Sequence record: OM386656.1
Strand: one strand, 5' to 3'
Source of the DNA: Escherichia phage vB_EcoM_ESCO25
DNA length: 64,000 nt
The notes under the pieces were generated by a model. It was not told where the DNA came from and did not search any database. It saw only the letters and a list, made by a program, of their open reading frames with translations. Each line of letters opens with the position of its first letter. Within the stretch, counting starts at the first letter, position 1. The translations under genes and the position numbers were made by a program. This document shows, piece after piece, positions 36,440-45,195 of this stretch.

Positions 36440-36619
36440 ATGGCACGTTTAGCAGATCATGAAATCTTTAAACCTATTCTGAACCACTATGATGAACTTA
36501 AAGCAGTGTTGGATTGTTATAGAGAGGATGAAGAACGTTTGGAAGTCAATCTTAAGATAGTTCTGATGAAAGCTTTTCAAGACGGGCAAGCTAAAGTTTT
36601 AGAAGGCATGAAAAAATGA
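36440..36619 (+). CDS. hypothetical small protein
   Basis: Start trimmed to MARLADH with RBS aaaggagaa. Confidence 0.45.
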   Translation: MARLADHEIFKPILNHYDELKAVLDCYREDEERLEVNLKIVLMKAFQDGQAKVLEGMKK

Positions 36620-37158
36620 GAATAACTGATGAATATGTATTCTTCTTTTCACATAAAGATGTGTTTAGTAATTGGTATATTGCACCCTTTACAGAAACTG
36701 AACCAGGTTACAATGAGACTTTCTGTTGTGTTGAGCAATATATGATGTGGCGTAAGGCTTTGCTGTTCAAGGATCATGCGATTGCAGCAGCTATCCTTGA
36801 TCACTCAACTATACGTGACAACGAGAGGAAACAAGCATACTACAAACGTATGGGTCGAGCGGTATCTGGTTTTAATAATGATATGTGGGAAGAGAACCGT
36901 GAGCGTATTGTTATGCGAGGCTTATGCTTGAAATATGTACAGAATCCAGATTTGTATGCAGACTTACACCTTTACCAATACAAAACGTTTGTTGAAGCAA
37001 GTCCTTACGATAAGGTTTACGGTATTGGAATGGGAATGTATGAACCAGGGGTGCTAAACCCTGCTACCTGGAAAGGGCAGAATCTTTTAGGAAAATATCA
37101 TAATAAACTGATCGAAATACTTTTCCCAGACAAAATACCGCAAAGACGATATTTGTGA
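36616..37158 (+). CDS. NADAR (YbiA-like) domain protein
   Basis: 180 aa; FFFSHKDVFSNWY, CVEQYMMWRKALLF, RERIVMRGLCLKYVQNPDL and VEASPYDKVYGIGMG match the NADAR/DUF1768 signature. Confidence 0.7.
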   Translation: MRITDEYVFFFSHKDVFSNWYIAPFTETEPGYNETFCCVEQYMMWRKALLFKDHAIAAAILDHSTIRDNERKQAYYKRMGRAVSGFNNDMWEENRERIVMRGLCLKYVQNPDLYADLHLYQYKTFVEASPYDKVYGIGMGMYEPGVLNPATWKGQNLLGKYHNKLIEILFPDKIPQRRYL

Positions 37159-37213
37159 TATTTTAACTTTTTTCATTTTTAGAACAAAGGTGTCACTTTG
37201 TAGCACAGAAATA

Positions 37214-37249
37214 AGGCTCCTACAGCACCGTAGAGAGCCTGTTATTTTG
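37214..37249 (+). terminator. intrinsic terminator after the NADAR gene
   Basis: Nested hairpin AGGCTC-[CTAC-agcacc-GTAG]-a-GAGCCT followed by GTTATTTTG. Confidence 0.55.
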
Positions 37250-37400
37250 TCCTATACAAACCCTTGTCTTTTTCAGTTTGCATCACTAGGATTCGATCTG
37301 AGTGGGTTCCTGAAGGTTTACCAATAAGATTAAAGGTTATATCAAATTCCCACTATCTTTTATCTCAAAAATCCCTCAAATTATTTAAACTTTTTAAGAA

Positions 37401-37578
37401 TTTACAAAAGTGAAAGTTGAAAACCAAAATTTAAAGTTTAGGAAAATTATCTTAAAATATTAGATACAAAACAAAACTCAAAAGTCAAGGAAAATTTTAA
37501 AAATTTTGCGCGCCCACAGTATTTAAAGTTTTTTTGCTTTTACAAAAATGAAAGTACAAAAGCAAAATTTAAAGTTTA
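37401..37578. repeat. two ~40-bp AT-rich direct repeats (37401-37440 and 37539-37578)
   Basis: TTTACAAAAGTGAAAGTTGAAAACCAAAATTTAAAGTTTA versus TTTACAAAAATGAAAGTACAAAAGCAAAATTTAAAGTTTA, about 34/40 identical. Confidence 0.6.
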
Positions 37579-37600
37579 CAAAAATTTTTATGCAGGTGAA

Positions 37601-37707
37601 AATGAGAAGAGTTCTCATATGGAAATGCAAATGATAATGATTCGCATTTAAGTTTATAAATGAGATTGATTCTTATTTAATAAGGTAAATGACAATCATT
37701 CTCATTT
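37601..37707. promoter_or_regulatory. array of four ~20-bp AT-rich palindromes at ~29-bp spacing (operator or Fur-box-like)
   Basis: AATGAGAAgagTTCTCAT (37601), AATGATAATGATTCGCATT (37629, contains GATAATGAT), AATGAGATTGATTCTTATT (37658), AATGACAATCATTCTCATT (37687). Confidence 0.45.
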
Positions 37708-37966
37708 AGAGAATGACGCGCAGGGGCGGTGTTTGTCTCGCGCTCCCGTGTCCCCTCGCCATGTAATAAGAATAACAGATCCAGCCAGGAAAGCAAGCGA
37801 TTATTTTATCTTTACATTTCTTTACAAATATATAGCACCCAGCCTACCGGCGATCAACCTTCCAACCAGTGCCCCCTGGTATGTTAGCCCCGCCTTTACG
37901 CCGTGGGGTGGCGCTTCCTCTTCTGTATGTAAAACAGTATAAGCCCGATCCCTGGGCTTGTCAAGA

Positions 37967-38233
37967 TTATTTTTTGTTTTCTTGCCAGGATAGGACACCT
38001 AACCAAAAATACATATCGCCCCGCGCCCCTGGTGGTATCTTGCTTTCCCCGCCGCCACTGCAAGCCCATAGATAACCATTTGCGAACGTATCAAAATGAT
38101 CTATCTCTTCCACCTTATGATCGCCCAGGTTGAGAACGGTTTCAACCTTTAAGCCCGTTGCGCTTGCTACCTGGTGCACCGTGCCGCCTTGCCAGCCCAA
38201 TGAGTGCATAAGGTGTAATGTAGTATTTGTCAT
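37967..38233 (-). CDS. possible hypothetical protein in an otherwise non-coding GC-rich island
   Basis: 88 aa ORF with weak RBS (aaggg); no recognisable promoter; low confidence. Confidence 0.3.
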   Translation of the reverse strand: MTNTTLHLMHSLGWQGGTVHQVASATGLKVETVLNLGDHKVEEIDHFDTFANGYLWACSGGGESKIPPGARGDMYFWLGVLSWQENKK

Positions 38234-38419
38234 GATATCGCCCTTTCTTTGTTGTGCGCCCTGGTTGGCGCGGTAGAAAGATAATAGCCCTTTTCTTTAT
38301 ATATAGCAAGCAAAAAGAAAATAAAAAAGATTGAAAAATGGTTGACGTTAACCAGGCGGCGGCGTAGTATTCATCTTGTAGGGCGGCAATGGTGCCGCTC
38401 ACTATTTGGAGTTAAGATC

Positions 38420-38617
38420 ATGGCAACATTGCACATTGTGGCGAAAGCTGGACAAATCAACGTAGTGGTAAACGGTTTTACTGAGTTCAGTCACCCCCAG
38501 GATGATCATGAAACGGTTTTATCTTTCATTGATTCCCTGTTAGAAATGGGAGTCATTACAGAAGACCAGCACGCTACAAAATGCAAGCGCGTTAATCAAA
38601 TCGCAGGAATAGAATAA
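38420..38617 (+). CDS. hypothetical small protein (cassette gene)
   Basis: Start set at ATG after cassette hairpin (MATLHIVAKAG...); the track ORF began upstream of the promoter. Confidence 0.5.
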   Translation: MATLHIVAKAGQINVVVNGFTEFSHPQDDHETVLSFIDSLLEMGVITEDQHATKCKRVNQIAGIE

Positions 38618-38707
38618 AAACTATTGACAACAAACAACAACCTGATAAGATGTATCACATAGGGCGGGAAGTGGTTTCCCGCTCGTAACAGAAGAGAGAT
38701 TATCATC

Positions 38708-38980
38708 ATGGCATCATATAGCGCAACAATGATCGTAGCTGGCACAACTGGTAAACCTATGAGCGGTGGCGGATCTTTCGCTAATATCAATATTGACGGG
38801 CGTTTATCCCTGGACGCAGCGATCGCTATTGCACGGGAAACATTTAAGAAAGAATGTAATTTCAACAAGCAAGATTATCTCGGTTTCGCTATTGAAAAAA
38901 CCGCGCGCTTTGTTGATTATAAAAGCCCGAAAATGGTTGATACTACACTAAAAGCGCAAGATGTAGCGTTTTTGCTTTAA
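38708..38980 (+). CDS. hypothetical small protein (cassette gene)
   Basis: 90 aa ORF after cassette; RBS agagag. Confidence 0.5.
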   Translation: MASYSATMIVAGTTGKPMSGGGSFANINIDGRLSLDAAIAIARETFKKECNFNKQDYLGFAIEKTARFVDYKSPKMVDTTLKAQDVAFLL

Positions 38981-39056
38981 GGCTTGACATTAACGAATAA
39001 TTTGTTAATATGTTACATAAAGCGGGAATAGTTCCCGCTATTTGTAAGGTGGTAGA

Positions 39057-39314
39057 ATGTTTTACATCAAATTAAAAGGTCACGTGATCGCGTTCAAAGA
39101 TAACGCTTTTTACAGATTAGCAAAATATGCGTTAATACATCCCCACTATGTTTATATAAGGAGGCGTGATGAAATAAATATCTTTGATCAAACAACATGC
39201 GAGAACATCGAGATCCGCAAGGTTGGCGTACGTGATTATCGTACATCTTTCTACCCTTGCAAGGATTCAGCAAGTCTTTTTAAAGTATGCCAATTGTTGA
39301 AAAAAGGTGGTTAA
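39057..39314 (+). CDS. hypothetical small protein (cassette gene)
   Basis: 85 aa ORF after cassette. Confidence 0.5.
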   Translation: MFYIKLKGHVIAFKDNAFYRLAKYALIHPHYVYIRRRDEINIFDQTTCENIEIRKVGVRDYRTSFYPCKDSASLFKVCQLLKKGG

Positions 39315-39873
39315 TATGGGCCGCGAATATGTGATCCAGTCTTGGGTAAAACATGAAGCAGATGATCCGCGCATCATTCCCGATCATCTTATCGATGAAT
39401 CCACGGGATATAGCGGTGAGCAAATAGGTAACAGATTAGCACGTAGTAACGGCAACGTAAAAGCGCGTTATGTGCGCCCTGGTTGGCTGGCAAATGGTAA
39501 CGCTGATTTATCCAGTGCGGAAGATGCGAGCGACGGCGCGAAAGATAATCCTTTGTACAAAGTTGATCCGGCTTTTCGTGTCCTGGATGAATACCCCAGC
39601 AAGATAGCGGCGCTCGATCAGGCCCTGGAAAGTAAGCGCATCACCTGGACCGCTTACAACATGGCAAAAAACGTACTTGATGGTAAATTGATTCAAGCTG
39701 AAAGAAAATTAGCCAAAATTGCAGCCATAGCCCAGGAGGAAGACGAGGAGACAACGGAAGAGGAAGAGTACGAAGAGATCCCGCCGTTGTTGTGTGTTGA
39801 TGCTTTTCCTGATTATCAGCCGACAGAGGAAGAAAAAAGGATCGCACTAGAAAACTTTGAAAATAGTCTTTGA
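39307..39873 (+). CDS. hypothetical protein, acidic C-terminus
   Basis: 188 aa ORF; EEDEETTEEEEYEE tail. Confidence 0.5.
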   Translation: MVNMGREYVIQSWVKHEADDPRIIPDHLIDESTGYSGEQIGNRLARSNGNVKARYVRPGWLANGNADLSSAEDASDGAKDNPLYKVDPAFRVLDEYPSKIAALDQALESKRITWTAYNMAKNVLDGKLIQAERKLAKIAAIAQEEDEETTEEEEYEEIPPLLCVDAFPDYQPTEEEKRIALENFENSL

Positions 39874-39955
39874 CATATCGCCGCCACTGGCATAATATTT
39901 ACCACGTAGGGCGGCAATGGTGCCGCTCATAGTGAAATTATGCAAGAGGCTTACA

Positions 39956-40051
39956 ATGATTAATAAAGAAAATAGCTTGACGGTTGGAACGATTAACGCT
40001 ATCATTCTAGCCGTTCCATTTTGGATTGTAGTAGCGGCTATTATTTTCTAA
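39956..40051 (+). CDS. hydrophobic micro-ORF (31 aa), not on ORF track
   Basis: MINKENSLTVGTINAIILAVPFWIVVAAIIF, downstream of cassette 39870..39927. Confidence 0.35.
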   Translation: MINKENSLTVGTINAIILAVPFWIVVAAIIF

Positions 40052-40141
40052 AAATATTCTTGACAACGTTTTTTAATCTGATAAGATGTATCACATAGGG
40101 CGGCGGAATACTTCCCCGCCAAAACAAAAAAGGGTAACACA

Positions 40142-40504
40142 ATGAGCAAGCAAATCAATACTATCATGTTAAACCTGGTATCCTTCCGCGATGATATGAA
40201 AAATTTACCACGTGAAACGGTTGATATTCATGTTTCAGCTTATCGCGCCCTTATTGACATGTTACCGCTAAAACGTGATCAACATGCCGCTAACATGATG
40301 CTTAATGCTATGCTTAAAAAGATGATTCAAACGGATCTCATCCTGGCGTATGAGTATCAAGGGCGCTTATATGCTACTTACAACAAGGCGGTACCTGGTC
40401 TGGGAAGTACCGAAGAGTTGCACGGCTTAAACCTGGATCAGAACACTTGGGATAGTATGCGCCGCGTTATGGTATGGGCCGAAAGCGGTAAAATTTACGA
40501 ATAA
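40142..40504 (+). CDS. hypothetical protein (cassette gene)
   Basis: 120 aa ORF after cassette. Confidence 0.5.
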   Translation: MSKQINTIMLNLVSFRDDMKNLPRETVDIHVSAYRALIDMLPLKRDQHAANMMLNAMLKKMIQTDLILAYEYQGRLYATYNKAVPGLGSTEELHGLNLDQNTWDSMRRVMVWAESGKIYE

Positions 40505-40586
40505 AACGGTTGACACTGTTTAAAATTCTGGTATAGTTTATCACGTAGGGCGGCAATGGTGCCGCCAACAATAAAAGGTTAACATC

Positions 40587-40766
40587 ATGACTATCATTGC
40601 AAAAACTGAGATTATAGGTTTAGATTCGATCCTCCTGGCTTATGAGGAAACTTTAAAAATGTATGTAGTGACCTATGGTGATTATGTGCGTGAATACGAA
40701 TACATTGATCTTGCTTTCGAATGTTACATTCGCCAGGTCAATAAAGCCTATAACGATTATCGTTAA
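40587..40766 (+). CDS. hypothetical small protein (59 aa), not on ORF track
   Basis: MTIIAKTEIIGLDSILLAYEETLKMYVVTYGDYVREYEYIDLAFECYIRQVNKAYNDYR after cassette 40510..40566. Confidence 0.45.
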   Translation: MTIIAKTEIIGLDSILLAYEETLKMYVVTYGDYVREYEYIDLAFECYIRQVNKAYNDYR

Positions 40767-40863
40767 AAGTTTTAGTCTTATACTATTGACAATGAGTGAT
40801 AGTATAAGCATAATAACTTTTATCGGGAATACTTCCCACTAACCAAAAAAAGAGAGTAATATC

Positions 40864-41229
40864 ATGGCTATTAATATCAATGTTTCCTCTTATGCTACCC
40901 TGGCTGACACGGCTAAAATTGAATTATCCAGCATTGAGGCGGTGCATATTAGCGCCCGTCGTTGGTTTCAACAGTCCTACGGTAACACATATTTTTCTTT
41001 AATGGTTGACGTTGAGATCGGCGGTAAACTGATCGAGGTGGTTAACGTTCCGTTTCAATATGGTTATGGTGATCATTTTGATACCGTCGCCCTGGAAGAA
41101 TTTAGCAAGGTTATTAATATGGAAGGTAAAGAGTTTTCACGCGGCGCGTATCTTTCCCGTTTTTGCCGTGACAATGGGATCACTGTATACAGTCATGCAA
41201 GCGATGTTAAACGTAAAAAAGATTTATAA
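40864..41229 (+). CDS. hypothetical protein (cassette gene)
   Basis: 121 aa ORF after cassette. Confidence 0.5.
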   Translation: MAININVSSYATLADTAKIELSSIEAVHISARRWFQQSYGNTYFSLMVDVEIGGKLIEVVNVPFQYGYGDHFDTVALEEFSKVINMEGKEFSRGAYLSRFCRDNGITVYSHASDVKRKKDL

Positions 41230-41321
41230 AAAGCATTGACAGCACGAATAAAAAGAGTAAACTGTATTACATCAAGGCGGCGGAATGGTCCACCGCCTAA
41301 CAAAGAGAAGAGGAAAACATC

Positions 41322-41489
41322 ATGATCACTTTCGCTACCCGTGAAGCCGCTCGCAACGTTGCCCGTAAAGTTAACGCCGCCAACCTGGGCGCTACGCTTA
41401 AAGCCCCTGTAAAAGATGAATCAGGAAAATGGATCTTCCCTGGTCTGCGTCATGCTGACAAGTTAGGTACTTTAAGCCTTAAAAAATAA
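41322..41489 (+). CDS. hypothetical small basic protein (55 aa), not on ORF track
   Basis: MITFATREAARNVARKVNAANLGATLKAPVKDESGKWIFPGLRHADKLGTLSLKK; shares the first 15 coding nt and RBS context with the next gene. Confidence 0.45.
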   Translation: MITFATREAARNVARKVNAANLGATLKAPVKDESGKWIFPGLRHADKLGTLSLKK

Positions 41490-41563
41490 TCGTTGACTTT
41501 TCGTTATAGCGCCTTATAATGGGCGCTATAGAGAAGAGAAACCACTACTAACAAGGAAACATC

Positions 41564-41785
41564 ATGATCACTTTCGCTATTGTCGCCGTTGTCGCTGGTC
41601 AGGTTTACATAAACGATACATTCACCACAGAAGACAAGGCCGCAGGAGACATAACCGCCGTTTACAATGAGTGCAAGGCAGTAGAAAGGATGTTAGCGCC
41701 TTGTATGCTAATGAGTGAACGCCAGGACGGGATAACAGTATTTACTAACATTGAAACAGGGTACCAAATGGTAGTAACAAAATAA
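41564..41785 (+). CDS. hypothetical small protein (cassette gene)
   Basis: 73 aa ORF; starts MITFA, identical 5' junction to the previous gene. Confidence 0.5.
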   Translation: MITFAIVAVVAGQVYINDTFTTEDKAAGDITAVYNECKAVERMLAPCMLMSERQDGITVFTNIETGYQMVVTK

Positions 41786-41864
41786 AGCTTGACACGGATT
41801 TAATTTTTAGTAAACTGTTACACGTAGGGCGGGAATAGTTCCCGCTCAAAAAGAGAGAAAGACC

Positions 41865-42218
41865 ATGAAAGCACAAAATGCAATTAAAGAGTACATCCTT
41901 GCCGCTATCGATTTTAATGATTACGGTATTACAACCGAAAAAGAGAAGATCGCGGAATTGATGCGCCGTTTTAATTCCGAGTACTGGTACCCTGATAACC
42001 AATCACGTTTTAATTATAGTATTGTTAAAGCACTTGCATCATGGTTACAAGGCTTGCCATCAGATATCAATATCGCTTTCGAATATTGGGAAATTGATCG
42101 CCTGTTAACATCCTGGGGATACATTAAAGAGAATAGCAGCGATGATAAAATCCAACGAGAAAGGGAAAATTATTGGCTTTATATTGCAGGCGTGATCCTT
42201 GCTTGCTCTTATGAATGA
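41865..42218 (+). CDS. hypothetical protein (cassette gene)
   Basis: 117 aa ORF. Confidence 0.5.
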   Translation: MKAQNAIKEYILAAIDFNDYGITTEKEKIAELMRRFNSEYWYPDNQSRFNYSIVKALASWLQGLPSDINIAFEYWEIDRLLTSWGYIKENSSDDKIQRERENYWLYIAGVILACSYE

Positions 42219-42297
42219 TAAACCTTGACAATTTTACAAAACAGTTTAAATTAACAATATAGCGGCAATGGTGCCGCTCATATGAAGAGGAAACAAA

Positions 42298-42444
42298 ATG
42301 AATACATCTAATCGCGCAGAAAAAATTCAATCTTCCAAGATCCGCAAGGCCTGGAACGAGGAAGTGATCCGCAAAGGCGACAAGCGCAATAAAACAAAGC
42401 GTGGGAAGAGTGACAAATATAATTGGATGGATTTAGAGGATTAA
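42298..42444 (+). CDS. hypothetical small basic protein (48 aa), not on ORF track
   Basis: MNTSNRAEKIQSSKIRKAWNEEVIRKGDKRNKTKRGKSDKYNWMDLED; followed by a terminator. Confidence 0.4.
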   Translation: MNTSNRAEKIQSSKIRKAWNEEVIRKGDKRNKTKRGKSDKYNWMDLED

Positions 42445-42452
42445 CATAACAA

Positions 42453-42479
42453 GGGGCGCACCAAGCGCCCTTTCTTTTT
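42453..42479 (+). terminator. intrinsic terminator (copy 1 of a repeated terminator)
   Basis: GGGGCGCACCAAGCGCCC followed by TTTCTTTTT; identical to the copy at 48656. Confidence 0.65.
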
Positions 42480-42500
42480 ACATGTAGAGGATAAACAAAG

Positions 42501-42686
42501 ATGACTTTAAGCGAGCTTAAAACAGCCTACAACGCAACGTTAAAAATAGCCGTGCGTTACCGTGACGAATACGGTTTTATTGCGCAGGGCGTGATCCTGG
42601 GCTTTTCTGACGATGGTTTGATCTATGTTGATGCACATCACAATAAGGTTAAACCTGAAAACGTCATTAGCATAAAATATCTTTAA
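42501..42686 (+). CDS. hypothetical small protein
   Basis: 61 aa ORF; RBS agagga. Confidence 0.45.
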   Translation: MTLSELKTAYNATLKIAVRYRDEYGFIAQGVILGFSDDGLIYVDAHHNKVKPENVISIKYL

Positions 42687-42770
42687 AAGTGGTTGACACC
42701 ATAACCGGACCTGTTAAACTGTATTACATCAGGCGGGGAATAGTTCCCACCATACAAAAAGGTAAATATT

Positions 42771-42977
42771 ATGATCACCGCAAAACAAGAAAAAATCATT
42801 ATCGACGTTGCAGCCGTTGCTGCTATTGCTATTATTGGATCTTATTATGACACCGCGCGTCCTTCCTCCTTGCATGAGGTCGCCGCCGTTGCATCAGTTG
42901 GCGTACTGTTTTACGTTGGTAAACGCTATTTATCACCAATGATTAACAAGCTGACACCGTGGAAAAATAAAGGTTGA
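42771..42977 (+). CDS. small membrane protein (cassette gene)
   Basis: 68 aa; hydrophobic IIIDVAAVAAIAIIGSYY. Confidence 0.5.
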   Translation: MITAKQEKIIIDVAAVAAIAIIGSYYDTARPSSLHEVAAVASVGVLFYVGKRYLSPMINKLTPWKNKG

Positions 42978-43048
42978 TCCTGTTTTATATTGTGTTATAG
43001 TTATCGTGTAGGGCGGCAATGGTGCCGCGCCCTTTTGAGGATGCAATC

Positions 43049-43333
43049 ATGAGTAAAGCTAACACCGTGCTAATGTTTTCCCTGATTAATGATTCCGCTT
43101 ACTTGTCCAACATGACGCAGGAGGGTAACACATTAACGGCAACATTCACCAATAAGCTTGACCGGGTGATCATCGTCTCACTGAAAACAGTTAGTAAAGG
43201 CTTTTACTCGTTAGCTTATCATTGGATCACCGATACCGATGAGACAAGCCAGGACTATAGCACCCCTTTCCCTGAATCAATGGCACGGGAGGTCATCGCC
43301 GCCGTTGTAAATGATGGTTTGTTTACTGCATAA
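43049..43333 (+). CDS. hypothetical protein (cassette gene)
   Basis: Start trimmed to MSKANTVLMF. Confidence 0.5.
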   Translation: MSKANTVLMFSLINDSAYLSNMTQEGNTLTATFTNKLDRVIIVSLKTVSKGFYSLAYHWITDTDETSQDYSTPFPESMAREVIAAVVNDGLFTA

Positions 43334-43431
43334 AATAATTTAGAAAAAGGCTTGCAATCATTTTGAGATAGTGTATATTTAATTCATAGGGCGGCGGGAA
43401 TAGTTCCCAAAGCAAACGAGAGGATTACACG

Positions 43432-43551
43432 ATGAGCAAGTACACAGTAGAATACACGGTAGAGAATCCGGCAGTATCCGAAGGTAAAAAGATGACATTT
43501 GCCATCAGTATAATCGCTTTCGTTGTCACTATCTTATCAATCATCTTATAA
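43432..43551 (+). CDS. hydrophobic micro-ORF (39 aa), not on ORF track
   Basis: MSKYTVEYTVENPAVSEGKKMTFAISIIAFVVTILSIIL after cassette 43352..43408. Confidence 0.4.
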   Translation: MSKYTVEYTVENPAVSEGKKMTFAISIIAFVVTILSIIL

Positions 43552-43561
43552 GGTGCACACC

Positions 43562-43723
43562 ATGAAAACAACAGATATTATCAAAGAGATCGCCCTTGCC
43601 GCTGACGTTGAGATCGAGGAAGTGATCGCGCTCAATCTTACAGAAAACGATCTGCGCAACTATGAAGCGGAAAGCGTGAAAGCAAGTGGCGCGGTCCTGG
43701 CATATAATCCGGCTAACAAATAG
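43562..43723 (+). CDS. hypothetical small protein
   Basis: Start trimmed to MKTTDIIKEI. Confidence 0.45.
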   Translation: MKTTDIIKEIALAADVEIEEVIALNLTENDLRNYEAESVKASGAVLAYNPANK

Positions 43724-43803
43724 TTTGACAAGCTGAATCAACCTGATAAGATGTATCACATAGGGGCGACAAGCGCCCCGCCTAACAGAAGAGAGAAAAA
43801 ATC

Positions 43804-44082
43804 ATGACCATCGTTAAATTAACAACCGAAGAAATGAAAACAATGTTAACCACTAATTTACAAAATTGGAAAATTGGTGTTGACGTTGAAACAGTGTGCA
43901 AGTTGAACGACAAACTAACACCGGACGACATTGAAACGATCATCCGTGCAGATTTCTATGATGCTTTATACGATGATTCCACAGTCCTTGAAACGATGTT
44001 GGATAACGCTTGGATCAATCCCGATTTGGCGGCTTATGGTCATCTTGCCTTTGAAGCCATCCATAATGTTTATAATCGTTAA
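43804..44082 (+). CDS. hypothetical protein (cassette gene)
   Basis: 92 aa ORF. Confidence 0.5.
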   Translation: MTIVKLTTEEMKTMLTTNLQNWKIGVDVETVCKLNDKLTPDDIETIIRADFYDALYDDSTVLETMLDNAWINPDLAAYGHLAFEAIHNVYNR

Positions 44083-44092
44083 GGGGGATAAC

Positions 44093-44203
44093 ATGAATCC
44101 GAAAGATATGCAAGCATGGAAAGGGTACGACGATCTAAGCGCCTTGCGCAATAAGTCAAGCCGTAACCTTAGACGGTTGGAAGCAAAGAAAAAGAAAAAA
44201 TAG
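44093..44203 (+). CDS. hypothetical small basic protein (36 aa)
   Basis: MNPKDMQAWKGYDDLSALRNKSSRNLRRLEAKKKKK; RBS aaggggga. Confidence 0.4.
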   Translation: MNPKDMQAWKGYDDLSALRNKSSRNLRRLEAKKKKK

Positions 44204-44281
44204 TTTGACAAGTCCGCCTAGTCTGATAATATGTATCTTGTAGGGCGGCAATGGTGCCGCTCACAAGAAGAGAGAAAAATC

Positions 44282-44566
44282 ATGAAAATCACAAAAAGCC
44301 TGACTAATTATGCAGCACGTCGCGGATTATGTTTAACCGTTGAAAACTTAGGGAAAGAAGACTTTTTGTGTTTTTGGGAGCTTGAAAATGATTGCGAGTG
44401 GATGTTTTCTTATTCTATCTGCGAAGATCAAAACGGTTGTTTGTTAACCTGGCGCGGTAATATCTATTTACCGGAAGAAATTAAAGAAGAGTTACCAGGT
44501 ACGATCATGACAGAGAGACAGCTTAAGGAAGTGATCAATTTTGTAGGGCAAAACATTAAAAAATAA
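44282..44566 (+). CDS. hypothetical protein (cassette gene)
   Basis: Start trimmed to MKITKSLTNY. Confidence 0.5.
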   Translation: MKITKSLTNYAARRGLCLTVENLGKEDFLCFWELENDCEWMFSYSICEDQNGCLLTWRGNIYLPEEIKEELPGTIMTERQLKEVINFVGQNIKK

Positions 44567-44651
44567 TTTGACAGTAGGCAAACAACGTAGTAAAGTTTAT
44601 TACATAGGGCGGCGGAATGGTCCACCGCTCACAACAGAAGAGAAACAAATC

Positions 44652-44822
44652 ATGATCCCGACTATGTTTTATGTATCGCGCAAAGGTCATAATATTTTTT
44701 GGTCTGAAGATTTAAATGAAGCCATGACGTTTGCCCGTGATCGTGTCGCTATCGGTGGCGTTAACATCACCGTAACCGATGAAAACGGCATTGAATACTA
44801 TAACGGCAACGATGAAGAGTAA
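44652..44822 (+). CDS. hypothetical small protein (cassette gene)
   Basis: Start trimmed to MIPTMFYVSRKG. Confidence 0.5.
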   Translation: MIPTMFYVSRKGHNIFWSEDLNEAMTFARDRVAIGGVNITVTDENGIEYYNGNDEE

Positions 44823-44866
44823 TCAACAAGGCGGGATTAATCCCGCCTGTATTAAAGGGTAATATA

Positions 44867-45013
44867 ATGAAAACTTTCAACGCAACAGCCTCGACAATTG
44901 GTTATATTATTACAGTGCAAGCCGTGGATCTGGTAGCAGCAACAAACAAGATTAAAAGAATGATCCCGATAGGCAGTGAATTTTCCGTTTGGGAAGTAAA
45001 AAATAAATCTTGA
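44867..45013 (+). CDS. hypothetical small protein (48 aa), not on ORF track
   Basis: MKTFNATASTIGYIITVQAVDLVAATNKIKRMIPIGSEFSVWEVKNKS; preceded by hairpin GGCGGGATTAATCCCGCC. Confidence 0.4.
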   Translation: MKTFNATASTIGYIITVQAVDLVAATNKIKRMIPIGSEFSVWEVKNKS

Positions 45014-45089
45014 CGATAATTTGTTATCTGATAGAATGTATTTCGTAGGGCGGGGCAATAAGGCAACGCCCATTAATGAGGGTAGAATC

Positions 45090-45194
45090 ATGTTAGAGAA
45101 AATTTTCACGGTTGTAGTAGTTGGCCTGGCGTTATCGGTTGGAGTGGTTGCAACTATGGCTAACATGATCCTATCTTCCCACGGTATCGGTTAA
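45090..45194 (+). CDS. hydrophobic micro-ORF (34 aa), not on ORF track
   Basis: MLEKIFTVVVVGLALSVGVVATMANMILSSHGIG after cassette 45010..45070. Confidence 0.4.
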   Translation: MLEKIFTVVVVGLALSVGVVATMANMILSSHGIG

Positions 45195-45195
45195 G

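Noticed and set aside
37255-37310. Possible tRNA (GGATTCGATC resembles a T-loop)
   Set aside because: No acceptor, D or anticodon stem could be built around it on either strand; treated as chance similarity. No tRNA was found in the window.
38142-38402. Minus-strand ORF (86 aa)
   Set aside because: Overlaps the first cassette promoter and an AT-rich leader; no RBS; likely spurious.
38342-38617. Track ORF with extended N-terminus (also 43019, 43523, 43931, 44231, 44568)
   Set aside because: The extended N-termini read through the promoter and hairpin of the cassette; the true starts are the ATG after the RBS downstream of the hairpin, so the trimmed coordinates are used.
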